Below, piece after piece: positions 22,733-36,215 of a DNA stretch of 64,000 nucleotides; the stretch's first letter is position 1, and every line of letters starts with the position of its first letter. A program made the position numbers and the translations under genes. The notes under the pieces were generated by a model. It did no database searches. It saw nothing but the letters and a program-made list of their open reading frames with translations, and was not told where the DNA came from. Source of the stretch: Mobula hypostoma. Lineage: Eukaryota. Where the stretch lies: NCBI RefSeq assembly GCF_963921235.1, contig NC_086097.1:66776001-66840000 (forward strand), read 5' to 3'.

Positions 22733-25700
22733 TGTTAATTGTAACTGTGCCTGGAGATCTCTACAGTCATGCTGTAAGAGCATGTGAACATGTTATCCAA
22801 GTTTCAATTTGCAAATTGACAAAAATAAAACCAGGAGTCATCTGCTAATTTATGCAGGATCCCCCTACATTCAATTCTTGGTTCTCTTCCGACCTGGAGA
22901 CAAAATACTCAAAGAATTCGCCACAACTGAAACCAAACAGGCAGGCTTCAATCGTTCTGCAAATGATTGCTTGCCAACCAAATGCACTTTAAACACACAG
23001 CGTTGTCAGCAATGACACCCCTCTTCCATTCATTGGAATAAAAGGATTGAAGCACAGAAAGTCACTTGTGAACTACCATATAATAAAGGACAAAACATAA
23101 GTCATTTTCTGAAATGTAAGCTGTTCAGGAATCAGTTCATTAAAAGAACATTACTGTGTGCTACATTATTTGATTTCAAAGAAAAAAGATTGCCAAACCT
23201 AGCAAAATGCAACAAGTCTAGGATTTTTCTCCCTGATCCTCGAAGTATCAAAACAAATGAGTCTGGTCATGTTCAATGACAACCATCCATGTTCAACCCA
23301 TCAGCACTGCAAGGGCCAGGCCACCATGGACTCCTCCTGCAGACGCAAGCTTTCGAAGTGCCTATGAAAAGTAAGTAAATAGGCACCTACCTACTTTTCC
23401 CAGACCAGTGCTGCGAATTCAACTTATGTAGACCCCTATAAGGTAGATGCATTGTAGGGGTCTACATCATCTCTCTCCAGCAAATCTACCTACCACTTAA
23501 CCCTAATCTACGATCCTCGCTTGAACCCTCTCCAACTACTATCTGTCACCTCGATGCAACAAACAAAGGTAGTTCAGTTTTTATTTGCACCTCATCTTTT
23601 GTAGAAAGTTATGGCTGTGGATCACATACACAAGCAACTTTTGATGATGTGCAAATTGTTAATGTTATATCTAACCACCTCTTTGGCCTAGAACAGGAAA
23701 AATGTTAAATGTTCCACTTGTTCTTGCACGCTAATCTCTCGGAGATTTAACTGTTATTTGAAAAATATTCTTACTTTCCCTTTTCACTCTCAATTCAAAG
23801 TTTCATTTTCCTCATTACCATTCCTGTACTTTTATATGACTAATTCAAACTCCTCCTCTGTCATCTCAATTCTTAGCAACGAGGATTGATGAGATAGATC
23901 ATTGGTCCTGCTCTTCTTTAAGGTACATTAATGCCTCTATCCGCTTATATTTCCATTCAGTCATGACTCCAAGCTCCAAGCCAAAGTATGCAGAAAACAT
24001 TTTAGCTTACATGCCACATCAGTTAGTACACAGTGCCTACAAGATCCAGCCAATAATAAAACATGAAAATTATTCATATTATAAATGAGGTTATAGATCA
24101 ATAAAATAACATGATTGAGGCAGGTACCTGAGTGACCGTCAGAAGAGGGAAAGGGAATAGTCAGTGCTCTATACCCTATGGCCATTCCCCTCAATAATAA
24201 GTATTCCACTTTGGATACTGTCGGGGGGAAGTCATAGCTATCTGATCTCTGGCACTGAGTCTGCCTCCATGTCTCAGAAGTGAAGGGGGAAGAAGAGGAG
24301 TGCAGAAGTGATAGGGGATTCCTTAGTTAAGGGAGCGGACATCAGATTCTGTGGACATGAAATAGACACCCAGGTGGAATGTTACCTCCCAGGTGCCAGA
24401 GGGATGTCTCGGATTGAGTCCATGGGATCCTAAAGAGGGAGGGTGAACAGCCAGAAGTTGTGGTATATATTGGTACCAATGACATAGGTAGGAAAAGGGA
24501 GGAGATCCTGAAGAGAGAATATAAGGAGTTAGGTAGAAAGCAGAACTTCCAGGGTGGTAATCTCTGGATTGATGCCTGTGCTGTATGCCAGTGAGAGTAA
24601 GAATAGGATGATTTAGCAGATGAATATGTGGTTTAAGAATGGGTGTGGGGGAAGGGTTTCAGATTTCTGGATTACTGGGATCTCCTAAGGCAAAGGTATG
24701 ACCTGTACAAAAAGGAGGGGTTGCACCTGAACCCAATGGGGACAAAAATCCTTGCATGTAGGCTTGCTAGAGCTTTGGGGGAAGGTTTAAACTAATTTGG
24801 CAGGGGATTGGGAACCAGGGTAATTGGGCTGAGCATGGGGAAGTTGGTATAAAACTAGATGCAGTGTGTAGTGAGACTGTGAGGAAGATGATAAGGTGAA
24901 ATTGCAGTCAGTGGGATGAGTCAAAGTATAACAGGGACCAAAATTGAAAAGAGTGATGAATACAGGACTGTAGGTGTTATACTTGAATACACACAGATTG
25001 CAGAATAAAATAGATGATCTTGTATATTATCAGATTAGAGATTAGCAGATATATGTTGTGACCATCGCTGAGTCATGGCTGAAAGAAAATTCATAGTTGG
25101 GAGCTTAGCATCGAAGGGTACACATTGTATCAAAAGGCTCTATTGCTAAAACATTAAATCAAATCCTTAGAAAGAGGTGACAGGATCAGAAGATGTAGAA
25201 TCCTCGTGGGTAGAGTTAAGAAACTGCAAGTGTATAAAGACCCTGATGGGAGTTACATACAGTCCTCCAAACAGTAACCAGGATGTGAGCTGCAAATTAT
25301 TATTGGAGGTAGAAAAGTTGTGTAAAAAGGGCAATGTCATGGGGAATTTCAATATGCAGGTAGCTTGGGGAAAATCAGGTTGGTGCTGAATCGTAAGAAA
25401 GGGAATTTGTAGAATGCCTACAAGATGGCTTTCAAGAGCAGCTTATGTTTGAGCCCACAAAGAGAACAACAATTCTGGATTGGATGTTATGTAATGACAC
25501 GGCCCTGTAATCCTTACGTAATGTATGCAACCTTTCGGATACAGTGAAGGTAATATGTTAGAATTCACCCTGCAGTTTAAGAAGGAGAAGCTAAACTCAG
25601 ATGTATTAGTATTACAATGGAATAAAGAGAATTACATTGGCATGAGAGAGGGGCTGGCCAAAGTTGATTGGAAGGGGACACGAGCAGGAATGACAACAGA

Positions 25701-25845
25701 GCAACAATGGCTGGAGTTTCTATGAGCAATTCTGAAGACACAGGATAGCCACATTCCAAAGAAGAAAAATTATTCTAAAGTGAGGATGAGCAAACCATGG
25801 CTGGCTAGGGAAGTCAAAGAAATAAAGCAAAACGGAGGGCATATT

Positions 25846-27515
25846 CAGAGTTGTGCAAAAGTCTTAGACACATATATATAGCTAGGCTGCCCAAGACATT
25901 TACACAGTACTGTAGTAATTTTCTTTCTTTTCAAATTTTTTTATTGTTATATTATACAAAAAAAATAACATGAGTACATTGAAGTAACAACACTTACAAC
26001 GTCTCAAAAAAGACATTATCTTAAAGATTGAAAAAAAATTTTGTAATAACAAAAAAAAAGCCTACTAAGCAGAAAAATGAGAAAAAAAGGAACCCATTAG
26101 GTGTACAACCCCGGAGTCATGCGTCATACAAAAAGCTTCTAAAAATAAACATCAAACCGCCAGCAAGAAAGGAAAATATACTAAAAATTTACAATTAGAT
26201 CGTGGAAAAATTCCGTCAATTAGCTCAACTGATGATAACGAGCAAATGAGCCCTATCTTTTCTCAAAATCAAATAAAGGTTCAAAGGTTCAACTTCTAAT
26301 TTTCTCCAAACTAAGACATAGCATCACTTGGGAGAACCATTGTGACAAAGTGGGAGCTGATGTATCCTTCCACTTCAACAAAATGGCCCTCCTAGTTATC
26401 AATGTAACAAATGCAATAACATGTTGGTTAGACACAGAAATACCATGAATATTTTGAGGAATTATTCCAAAAAGCACAGTTAATTTATTAGGTTGTAGAT
26501 TAATTTTAAGTGCTTTAGAAATTGTTGAAAAAAACCGACTTCCAGAACTGTTCCAATATAGAACAAGACCAAAACATATGTGTTAGTGTAGCTATCTCAG
26601 TGTAGCTACATCAATTAATTGATAGATATTCTCTTTCATACTCACACTTCCTGCAATACCCTCAAGTTAGACATTTTTGCAAAAATATTTAAGTAATTTT
26701 CCTTACATATTGGAGGCTGACCTGTTAGATACTATTATGAGTATGAATCCTTCAATCAAGGGTTCTATTGGAAGAATTTATAATTTATTATTTATTATTA
26801 CAATGAGATAAGTGTCCTTTATCTAAGATTAAATAGGATCGGGAAAAGGAACTTAATTTGACTTTTATGACTGAGGATTGGATGCGGATTTTGAAGTTGG
26901 TTAACTCTTCTTCAATTTGTGCTAGCCATTCATTGATTCAATTTAAAATTGTACATCGTCATCATTTGACAAAGGAGAGACTTTCTAAAATCTTTTCTAA
27001 TGTTGATAGTCATTGTGATAGTTATAAAACTGAGATAGTACTGTAGTAATTTTATGTATTACACTGCACTGGTACTGCAAAAGAAAATCGTGACATGCTT
27101 GACATATGTAAACCCGATTCTGATAAGGGTCTTCATTGTGGACTGAGAGTGGGAAAGGGGTCAGGGAGAGAGGAATCGTGGTTGGGAAAAGGGGAAGAGA
27201 GAGAGGGGAGGCAGCAGAAAGCACCAGAGAGACCTTCTGTAATGGTCAATAAACTGATGTTTGGAATCAAATGACCTTGCCTGGAGACTCACAGCTTGGT
27301 GTGAGTCCCATGCCAACAGACCCATGCCAACTCTGCTCTTGGTATTTCTACTCTGCCACCTGTCCCACACCCCTCCCACAGTTCTCCACACTTGCCATTC
27401 CCAATGTCCTTTGCTTCTGCCAGATATAGAAACTTGCTGTCCACCCCACATCGACAAATACAGTACTGTATAAAAGTTTTAGGCACTATATATATATATA
27501 TAGTGCACAGTACTG
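25846..27515. mobile_element. Composite Tc1-type non-autonomous element bounded by two mini-MITEs
   Basis: CAGTACTGTGCAAAAGTCTTAGGCAC-like TIR pairs at 25846-25912 and 27461-27515. The CR1 host rejoins across the insert; TA follows the right end. Confidence 0.65.
25923..27036 (-). mobile_element. 5'-inverted, truncated L1 insertion (twin priming)
   Basis: 17-bp TSD AGTACTGTAGTAATTTT (25906-25922, 27037-27053). A-rich tail and ORF2 C-terminus on the minus strand; the adjacent upstream ORF2 piece is on the plus strand. Confidence 0.88.
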
Positions 27516-28591
27516 TAATATAGCAAAAGTTAGTGGGAAAGTAAAAGACTAGGAAACTTTTAAAAACCAACAGAAAGCAACTAAAAAAGCCCATAAAGAA
27601 AGAAAAGATGAAATGTACATGTAATAATATGAAAGAGGGTATGAAATGTTTGTCAGATATACAAAGAGTAAAAGAGAAACGCAAGTGGATATTGAACTGC
27701 TGGAAAGTGACGCTGGCAAGGTAATAATGGGGGACAAAGAAACGGCGAATCAACTTATTTTGTCTCAGTCTTCACTGTGGAAGACAATAGCAGAATGCCA
27801 GAATGCAAAAGTATCAGTGAGCAGTACCGTGTGCCATTGTTATTATTAAGGAGAAGGTGGTTGGGAAGCTGAAAAGTCTGAAGGTAGATAAGTCACCTGC
27901 GCCAGATAGACTATGCCCCAAGGTTCTGAAAGAGGTAGCTAAGGAGATTGTACAAGCATTACTAATGATCTTTCAAGGATCACTAGATTCTGGAATGGTT
28001 GTAGATGACTGGAAAATTGCAAATGTCACTCCACTCTTTAAGAAGGGAGCAAGGCTGAAGAAAGGATTATAAGCCAGCTGGCCTGACTTCGGAGGTTAGA
28101 AAGTCTTCGGAATCTTTTCTTAAGGATGAGGCTTCAGGGTTCTTGAAGGCACAAGACAAAATAGGCCAAAGTCAGCATAGTTTCCTTAAGGGGAAATCTT
28201 GCCTGACAAATCTGTTAAATTCGTTGAGGAAATAACAGGAAGGATAGACAAGGAGAGTCAATGGATGTTGTTAACTTGGATTTTCAGAAGGCCTTTGAAA
28301 AGGTACTGCACTTTAGGCTGCTTAACTAGATAAGAGCCCATGTTATTCCAGGAAAAATACTAGCATGTATAGAAGATTGGCTGACTGGCAAGAGACAAAG
28401 AGTCAAAATAAAAGGTGCCTTTTCTGGTTGGCTGTTGGTGACTAGTGGTGTGTTTCAGGGGTTGGTGTTGAGACCATTTCTTTTCACGTGGTCTGTCAAT
28501 TATTTGAATGAAGGAATTGATGCCAGGTAGTGTTGAGGAAGCAGGATGTGCGTAGAAAGAATTAGACAGATTGGGAAAATGGGCAAAGAAC

Positions 28592-28700
28592 TGGCAGACG
28601 GGATGCAGCATAGGGAAGTGGGAGACGGGATACAGCGTGAGGAAGTTGCAGACGGGATGCAGTGTAGGGAAGTGGGAGACAGGATACACTGTAGGGAAGT
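28592..28700 (+). repeat. 27-bp tandem repeat x4 within the CR1 RT
   Basis: Translates as WQTGCSIGK/WETGYSVRK/LQTGCSVGK/WETGYTVGK. Confidence 0.85.
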
Positions 28701-29541
28701 GCATGGTCACGTACTTTAGCAGAAGTGGGGAGAAATGGGGAGAAAATTCAAAACTCAGAGGGAATCCTTGTGCAGGATTCCCTACAGGTTAGTTTGCCAG
28801 TAGAGTCGGTGGTGAGGAAGGAAAATGCATTGTTAGCATTCATTTCGAGAGGACTAGTATACAAAACAAGGATGTGATACTGAGGATTTATTAGGCATTG
28901 GTTAGACTGCACAAAGCATTGTGAACAGTTTTGGGCCCCTTATCTAAGAATAGATGTGCTGGCATTGGAGAAGGTCAAGGGGAGGTTCATGCGTATGATC
29001 CCAGGAATGAAAGGGTTAACATATGAGGGACATTTGATGGCAATGGGCCTGTACTCACTACAGTTTAGAAGAATGAGGGAGGATCTTATTGAAACCTAAC
29101 AAAATTGAAAGACCTAGATAGGGAGGATGCGGAGAGGATGTTTCCAACAGTGGGGGAGTCTAGGACAATGGGGCACAGCCTCAGGACAATGGGGCACAGC
29201 CTCAGAACTGAGGGACTTTCATTTAGAAAAGAAATGAGGTAAAATTTTGCTAGCTGGAGGGTGGTGAATCTGTGGAATTCATTGTCACAAGTGCCTGGCA
29301 GGCCAAGTCATTGGTTATATTTAAAGTGGATGTTGATAGGTTCTTGATTAATCAAGGTGTCAAAGGTTATGGTGAGAAGACAGGAGAACGGGATTAAGAG
29401 AGATAATAAATTAGCCATGATAGAATGGCATAGCAGATTCGATGGGCCGAATGGCTTATTTTTGCTCCTACCTCCTATGGTCTAATAAATATTATTTAAT
29501 TACTGCTAAATATACTTTAAGAATAATTAATATCCAGAATA

Positions 29542-32500
29542 CAGTAGGTTCCAATTAATTGGACCATCAGTTAATCAGGGCAGCCACTTATTTGGGGAAG
29601 CTCTTAAAGATCAAAACCTAATCAAGAATAGCTGGGGTGCTCTTCAATTTTTTTGGACATTATGCTACTTAATCGGAATGGGGGACTGTTGTTGAATCGT
29701 TTCAAACTAGCATCAGTCACATGCACTTGCGTGGCAATTAGTCACCACACTATGCTAAGAGCAACCAGTTTTTAAATAGCATCAGTCATGTCTGTTTGTG
29801 TTCAAATGCAGTGATCTTGGTCAATGATATTTGGCGAAAAACAAGCAGTAAGACAATTCAGAACTGTTTTACTCACTGTGATTTCAAACACTCAGTCTTA
29901 GAAATGCCAGAAACAGCCGGGTATGAAGATTTGGAGGATGTAACCATTGAAAGCACTATATGAAGGCATTAAATGACTGCACTGATTTTGTTCATTTACA
30001 GTCAACTAAAAGAACACAGCAGCATACCCAGGATGAATTCCTCCACCGATGAATACTAGGTGCTAATATACAGTTTTATATTGCTATAGTAATATTGGTA
30101 GTGTTCTAATTTGTATTCATTTAAATAGAACATAGAACATACAATAGTACTGCACAGTACAGGCCCTTCGGCCCACAATGTTGTGCCGACCCTCAAACGC
30201 TGCCTCCCATACAAGCCCCCACCTTAAATTCCTCCATATACCTGTCTAGTAGTCTCTTAAACTTCACGAGTGTATCTGCCTCCACCACTGACTCAGGCAG
30301 GGCATTCCATGCACCAACCACCCTCTGAGTGAAAAACCATTCTCTAATATCCCCCTTGAACTTCCCACCGCTTACCTTAAAGCCATGTCCTCTTGTATTG
30401 AGCAATGGTGCCCTGGGGAAAAGGCACTGGCTATCCGCTCTATCTATTCCTCTTATTATCTTGTACACCTCTATCACGTCTCCTCTCATCCTCCTTCTCT
30501 CCAAAGAGTAAAGCCCTAGCACCCTTAATCTCTGATCATAATGCATACTCTCTAAACAAGGCAGCATTCTGGTAAATCTCCTCTGTACCCTTTCCAATGC
30601 TTCCACATCCTTCCTGTAGTGAGGCGACCAGAACTGGACACAGTACTCAAGTGTGGCCTAACCAAAGTTTCATAGAGCTGCATCATTACCTCGCGACTCT
30701 TAAACTCTATCCCTCGACTTATGAAAGCTAACACCCCATAAGCTTTCTTAACTACCCTATCCACCTGTGAGGCAACTTTCAGGGATCTGTGGACATGTAT
30801 CCCGAGATCCCTCCACTCCTCCACGCTACCAAGTATCCTGCCATTTACTTTGTACTCTGCCTTGGAGTTTGTCCTTCCAAAGTGTACCACCTCACACTTC
30901 TCAGAGTTGAACTCCATCTGCCACTTCTTAGCCCACTTCTGCATCCTATCAATGTCTCTCTGCAATTTTTGACAATCCTCCACACTACCTACAACACCAC
31001 CAACCTTTGTGTCATCTGCAAACTTGCCAACCCACCCTTCTACCCCCACATCCAGGTCGTTAATAAAAATCACGAAAAGTAGAGGTCCCAGAACAGATCC
31101 TTGTGGGACACCACTAGTTACAATCCTCCAATCTGAATGTACTCCCTCCACCACCACCCTCTGCCTTCTGCAGGTAAGCCAATTCTGAATCCACCTGGCC
31201 AAACTTCCCTGGATCCCATGCCTTCTAACTTTCTGAATAAGCCTACCGTGTGGAACCTTGTCAAATGCCTTACTAAAATCCATATAGATCACATCCATTG
31301 CACTACCTTCATCTATATGCCTGGTCACCTCCTCAAAGAATTCTATCAGGCTTATTAGACACGATCTGCCCTTCACAAAGCCATGCTGATTGTCCCTGAT
31401 CAGACCATGATTCTCTAAATGCCCAGAGATCCTATCTCTAAGAATCTTTTCCAACAGCTTTCCCACCACAGACATAAGGCTCACTGGTCTATAATTACCC
31501 GGACTATCCCTACTACCTTTTTTGAACAAGGGGACAACATTCGCCTCCCTCCAATCCTCCTGTACCATTCCTGTGGACAACGAGAACATAAAGATCCTAA
31601 CCAAAGGCTCAGCAATCTCTTCCCTCGCCTCGTGGAGCAGCCTGGGGAACATTCCATCAGGCCCCGGGGACTTATCCATCCTAACGTACTTTAACAACTC
31701 CAACACCTCCTCTCCCTTAATATCAACATGCTCCAGAACATCAACCTCACTCATATTGTCCTCACCATCATCTAGTTCCCTCTCATTGGTGAATACCGAA
31801 GAAAAGTATTTATTGAGGACCTTGCTCACTTCCACAGCCTCCAGGCACATCTTCCCACCTTTATCTCTAATCGGTCCTACTTTCACTCTTGTCATCCTTT
31901 TTTTCTTCACATAATTGAAGAATGCCTTGGGGTTTTCCTTTACCCTACTTGCCAAGGCCTTCTCATGCCCCCTTCTTGCTCTCCTCAGCCCCTTCTTAAG
32001 CTCCTTTCTTGCTTCTCTATATTCCTCAATAGACCCATCTGATCCTTGCTTCCTAAACCTCATGTATGCTGCCTTCTTCCACCTGACTAGATTTTCCACC
32101 TCATTTGTCACCCATGGTTCCTTCACCCTACCATTCTTTATCTTCCTCACCTGGACAAATTTATCCCTAACATCCTGCAAGAGATCTCTAAACATCGACC
32201 ACATGTCCATAGTATATTTCCCTGCAAAAACATCATCCCAATTCACACCTGCAAGTTCTAGCCTTATAGCCTCATAATTTGCCCTTTCCTAATTAAAAAT
32301 TTTCCTGTCCTCTCTGATTCTATCCTTTTCCATGATAATGCTAAAGGCCAGGGAGCGGTGGTCACTGTCCCCCAGATGCTCACCCACTGAGAGATCTGTG
32401 ACCTGACCCAGTTCATTACTTAGTACCAGATCTAGTATGGCATTCCCCCTGGTTGGCCTGTCCACATACTGTGACAGGAATCCGTCCTGGACACACTTAA

Positions 32501-33350
32501 CAAACTCTGCTCCATCTAAACCCTTGGAACTAATCAGGTGCCAATCAATATTAGGGAAGTTAAAGTCACCCATGATAACAACCCTCCCCTATTTTTGCAT
32601 CTTTCCAAAATCTGCCTCCCAATCTGCTCCTCTGTATCTCTGCTGCTACCAGGGGGCCTATAGAATACCCCCAATAGAGTAACTGCTCCCTTCCTGTTCC
32701 TGACTTCCACCCATACTGACTCAAAAGAGGATCCTGCTACATTACCCACCCTTTCTGTAGCTGTAATAGTATCCCTGACCAGTAATGCCACCCCTCCTCC
32801 CCTTTTCCCCCCTCTCTATCCCTTTTAAAGCACTGAAATCCAGGAGTATTGAGAATCCATTCCTGCCCTGGTGCCAGCCAAGTCTCTGTAATGGCCACTA
32901 CATCATAACTCCATGTATGTATCCAAGCTCTCAGTTCATCACTATTATTCCTGATGCTTCTTGCATTGAGGTACACACACTTCAGCCCTTCTACCGTACT
33001 GTCTTTACACCGTTTATTCTGCTTCTCTTTCCTCAAAGCCTCTTTATATGTTAGATCTGGTCATATTCCATGCACTTCTTTCAATGCTCTATCGCTCTGG
33101 GTCCCATCCCCCTTGCAAATTAGTTTAAACCCTCCCGAACCACGCTAGCAAACCTACCTGCAAGGATATTGCTCCCCCTCGAGTTCGGGTGCAACCCATC
33201 ATTTAATACATCATTTGTTACTCAGTTAAACTGTAATTGGTCTTTTTATACCTTTTTAAATATTTTTATGAAACTTCAGCTAATTGGGGCAGCTGGTTAA
33301 TTGGGCCAAATATACTATCCTGATGTGTCCCAACTAACTGGAATCCACTG
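29542..33350 (+). mobile_element. Tigger/pogo-like non-autonomous DNA transposon, interrupted by CR1
   Basis: TA-CAGTAGGTTCCAATTAATTGG ... CCAACTAACTGGAATCCACTG-TA termini; transposase remnant W..TSSKTIQNCFTHCDF near 29830-29885. Confidence 0.8.
30126..33198 (-). mobile_element. CR1 family B (EN, RT, 3' tail), frameshifted
   Basis: EN ORFs with YLNARSI, VVAITETWL and MGDFNFP; RT ORF 30552..32246 with FADD; (TTCTATG)n tail. Confidence 0.95.
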
Positions 33351-33484
33351 TATTTAGTTGCATCTTTTGCACAGAGAGCCTCAAATAGAATTCAGACATT
33401 TGCAGAATATTAACTGGCATTTTGTTTATATTACTATTGCAGGAACAATACTGACAGAGTAAAATGCTTACAAATATTAGGGTC

Positions 33485-35235
33485 ATCGAGTCAGTGAAAA
33501 GAACAGCACAGAAATAGGCCCCTCGTCCCATCTAGTCTGTGCCAAACCATTTAAACTGCCTACTCCCATTGACCTTCTCCGGGACCATAGCCCTCCATAC
33601 CTCTATCATCTATCTACCTATCCAAAATTCTCTTAAATGCTGAAACCGTGCTTGCCTGAACCACTTGTGCTGGCAGCTCATTCCACAGTCTCACAATCCT
33701 CTGAGTGTTCCCCTTAAATGTTTCATCTTTCACCTTTCACCCATGACCTCTAGTTGTACTTCCACCCATCCGCAGTAGAAAAAGCTTGCTTGCATTTACC
33801 CTACCTATGCCCCTCAGAATTTTGTATACCTCTATTAAATCTCCCCTCAAACTTCTACATTCCAATAAATAAAGTCCTAACCTATTCAATCTTTCCTTAT
33901 AACTCAAGTCCCCCAATCCCGGGAATATGCTTGTAAATCTTCTCTGTACCCTTTCAACCTTATTTACGTTGTAGGTGGGTGACCAAAACTATACACAAAT
34001 AGTTAGGCCTAACCAATAGGTCTTAAACAACTTCAACATAACATCCTATCTCCTGTACTCAGTACTTTGACTTATGAATACCAATGTGCCAAAAGCTTTC
34101 TTAGTGACCCTGTCTACCTGTGATGCCATTTTTAATTAATTGTGGACCTATATTCCCGGGTCCCTTTGTTCTACCGCACTCCCCAGTGCCCTACTATTCA
34201 CTACGTAAGACCCACCTTGGTTGGTCCTACTGAAGTGTAACACCTGGCACTTGTCTGCATTAAATTCCATCTGCCATTTTTCAGCCTATTTTTCCAGCTG
34301 GTCCAGATCCTCCCACAAGTTCTGTTAGTTTTTCTCACTGTCCACTACACCCCCAACCTTGGTGTTTTCTGCAAATCTGCTGATTCAGTTAATCACATTA
34401 TCATACAGATCATTGACATAGATGACAAACAACAACAGACCCAGCACCGATCCCTGTCGCACTCCACTAGTCACAGGCCTCCAGTCAGAGATGCAACCAT
34501 CTACCACTACTGTCTGGCTTCTCCCACAAAGCCAATGTCTAATCCAATTTACTATCTCATTTTGAATGCCGAGCAACTGAACCTTCTTGATCAACCTCCT
34601 ATGCAGGACCTTGTCAAATGTCTTATTAAAGTCCATATAGACAACATACCGCTGCCTTGCCTTCATCAACTTTCCTCAAAAAACTACATAAGATTGGATA
34701 GACATAAACTACCATGCATGAAGCCATGCTGACTATCCTTAATCAGTCCATGTCTATGCAAATACTTACTGTATATATCCAGTCCCTCAGAATACCCTCC
34801 AATAACTTTCCCACTATGGATGACAGGTTCACCGGCCTATAATTTCCTGGTTTATCTTTAAAGCCTTTCTTGAACAGCGGAACAGCATTGGCTATCCTCC
34901 AAACCTCTGGTACCTCTCCTGTCGCTAAGGATGATTTAAATATCCCTGCTAGGGCCCCAGTAATTTCTGCACTTGCCTCCTGCAGGGTCCAAGGGAACAC
35001 CTTATCAGGCCCTGGGGATTTATCCACCCTAACTTGCATCAGGAGAGCAAACACCTCCTCCTCTGTAATTTGTACAGGGTCCATGAAGTTAATGCCGCTT
35101 TGCCTCACTCTGTATCCATGTCCTAAGTAAATACAGATCCAAAAAAATGTATTTTAAGATCTCCCCCATCTCTTTTGGCTACACACATGGATTACCATTC
35201 TTATCCTCCAGAGGACCAATTTTGTGCCTTGCAAT
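33485..35235 (-). mobile_element. CR1 RT and 3' fragment, decayed
   Basis: ORFs 34385..34669 and 34743..35108 carry CR1 RT motifs. Confidence 0.9.
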
Positions 35236-35430
35236 CTGATTCATTGAAGCCCATTTTGACAATAGTCCAGTTAGAATCCTTGGTTAAAGAAACATGGAAA
35301 ACTACATTCTTAGCTATAGAATATTTCTAAAAGTGGAATAGATAAATTAGAAAGACAATAGGTAAAAAGGGAAAACCTGTTATTTATTTCGCTTTAAAGC
35401 TATATGAAGGGACTTAATACTACTTTGATT

Positions 35431-35781
35431 TGGATGGATGGATGGATGGCGTCCGTTAGTCTCGTGAGACCATGGATCTGTGCTGAAAAGTCTTGCTTCA
35501 GTCTCTCCAGGGCGCAGGCCTGGGCAAGGTTGTATGGAAGACCGGCAGTTGCCCAAGCAGCAAGTCTCCCCTCTCCGCGCCACCAATGTTGTCCAAGGGA
35601 AGGGCAAGGGCTGATACAGCTTGGCACCAGTGACATCGCAGGAGTTGCCAGAGCGAGGTTGAAAGCAACGTCGGACTGCCTTGGGGACTCCAGCTCTGGA
35701 TTTGTCCTCAGGGTTTACTCCCGAAGCCTATCCCATAAGTGGATATGGCTGCAAGGCAGCGAAGGTTTGAAATCAGAGTTT
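35431..35781 (-). mobile_element. RTE-derived non-autonomous retroposon/SINE fragment
   Basis: The minus strand ends CATGGTCTCACGAGACTAACGGACGCC followed by a (ATCC)n tail, resembling RTE 3' ends (recalled). Confidence 0.55.
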
Positions 35782-35957
35782 AAATACTGTATATATCCAC
35801 TGTTTTAGGCCCTCAACGTTGAGGTAAGATATTTCTGTAGATCGCCATAATAGGCAGTATTATCAAAACCAAAAGATTCATTCTCCTGGAGAAAACAACC
35901 ATTACAAAGAACAAGTCTTTGTTTAAGATCTGTGACGGAATCTGTGGCAATCTGTCG

Positions 35958-36215
35958 GATGGCATGGTAGCATAGTGGTTAGCATAAAGCTATTACACAA
36001 CCATCAACCTGTGTTCAATTCCACTGCTGTCTGTAAGGATTTTGTACCTTCTCACCGTGTCCGGGTGGATTTCCTCCAGATGCTCTGGTTTCCTCCCAAA
36101 TTCCAAAGACCAACATGCATGTTAGGGGATTAATTAGACACATGGGTGTAATTAGGCTGTGTGAACCCATTGGGTTGGAAGAGCCTGTAACTGTGCTGTA
36201 CCTCTAAATAAACAA
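35958..36215 (+). mobile_element. tRNA-derived V-SINE
   Basis: A box TAGCATAGTGG, B box GTTCAATTCC, V-domain-like TTTCCTCCAGATGCTCTGGTTTCCTCCCAAATTCCAAAGAC, and an A-rich end. Confidence 0.8.

Larger units (their letters stand above)
24115..29485 (+). mobile_element. Long decayed CR1 (ORF1 SGNH-esterase region, APE endonuclease, RT, 3' UTR), interrupted at 25846-27515
   Basis: ORF1 remnants (VIGDSLVKG, IGTNDIG, GLHL), EN remnants (ESSWVELRN, MGNFN), RT ORF 27857..28072, and a CR1 3' end. Confidence 0.88.

Noticed and set aside
23270..23365. Good minus-strand splice acceptor followed by GC-richer sequence
   Set aside because: All three frames stop within ~30 codons and show no homology I recognise.
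35958..36030. tRNA gene
   Set aside because: The A and B boxes belong to a SINE head; no cloverleaf or acceptor stem.
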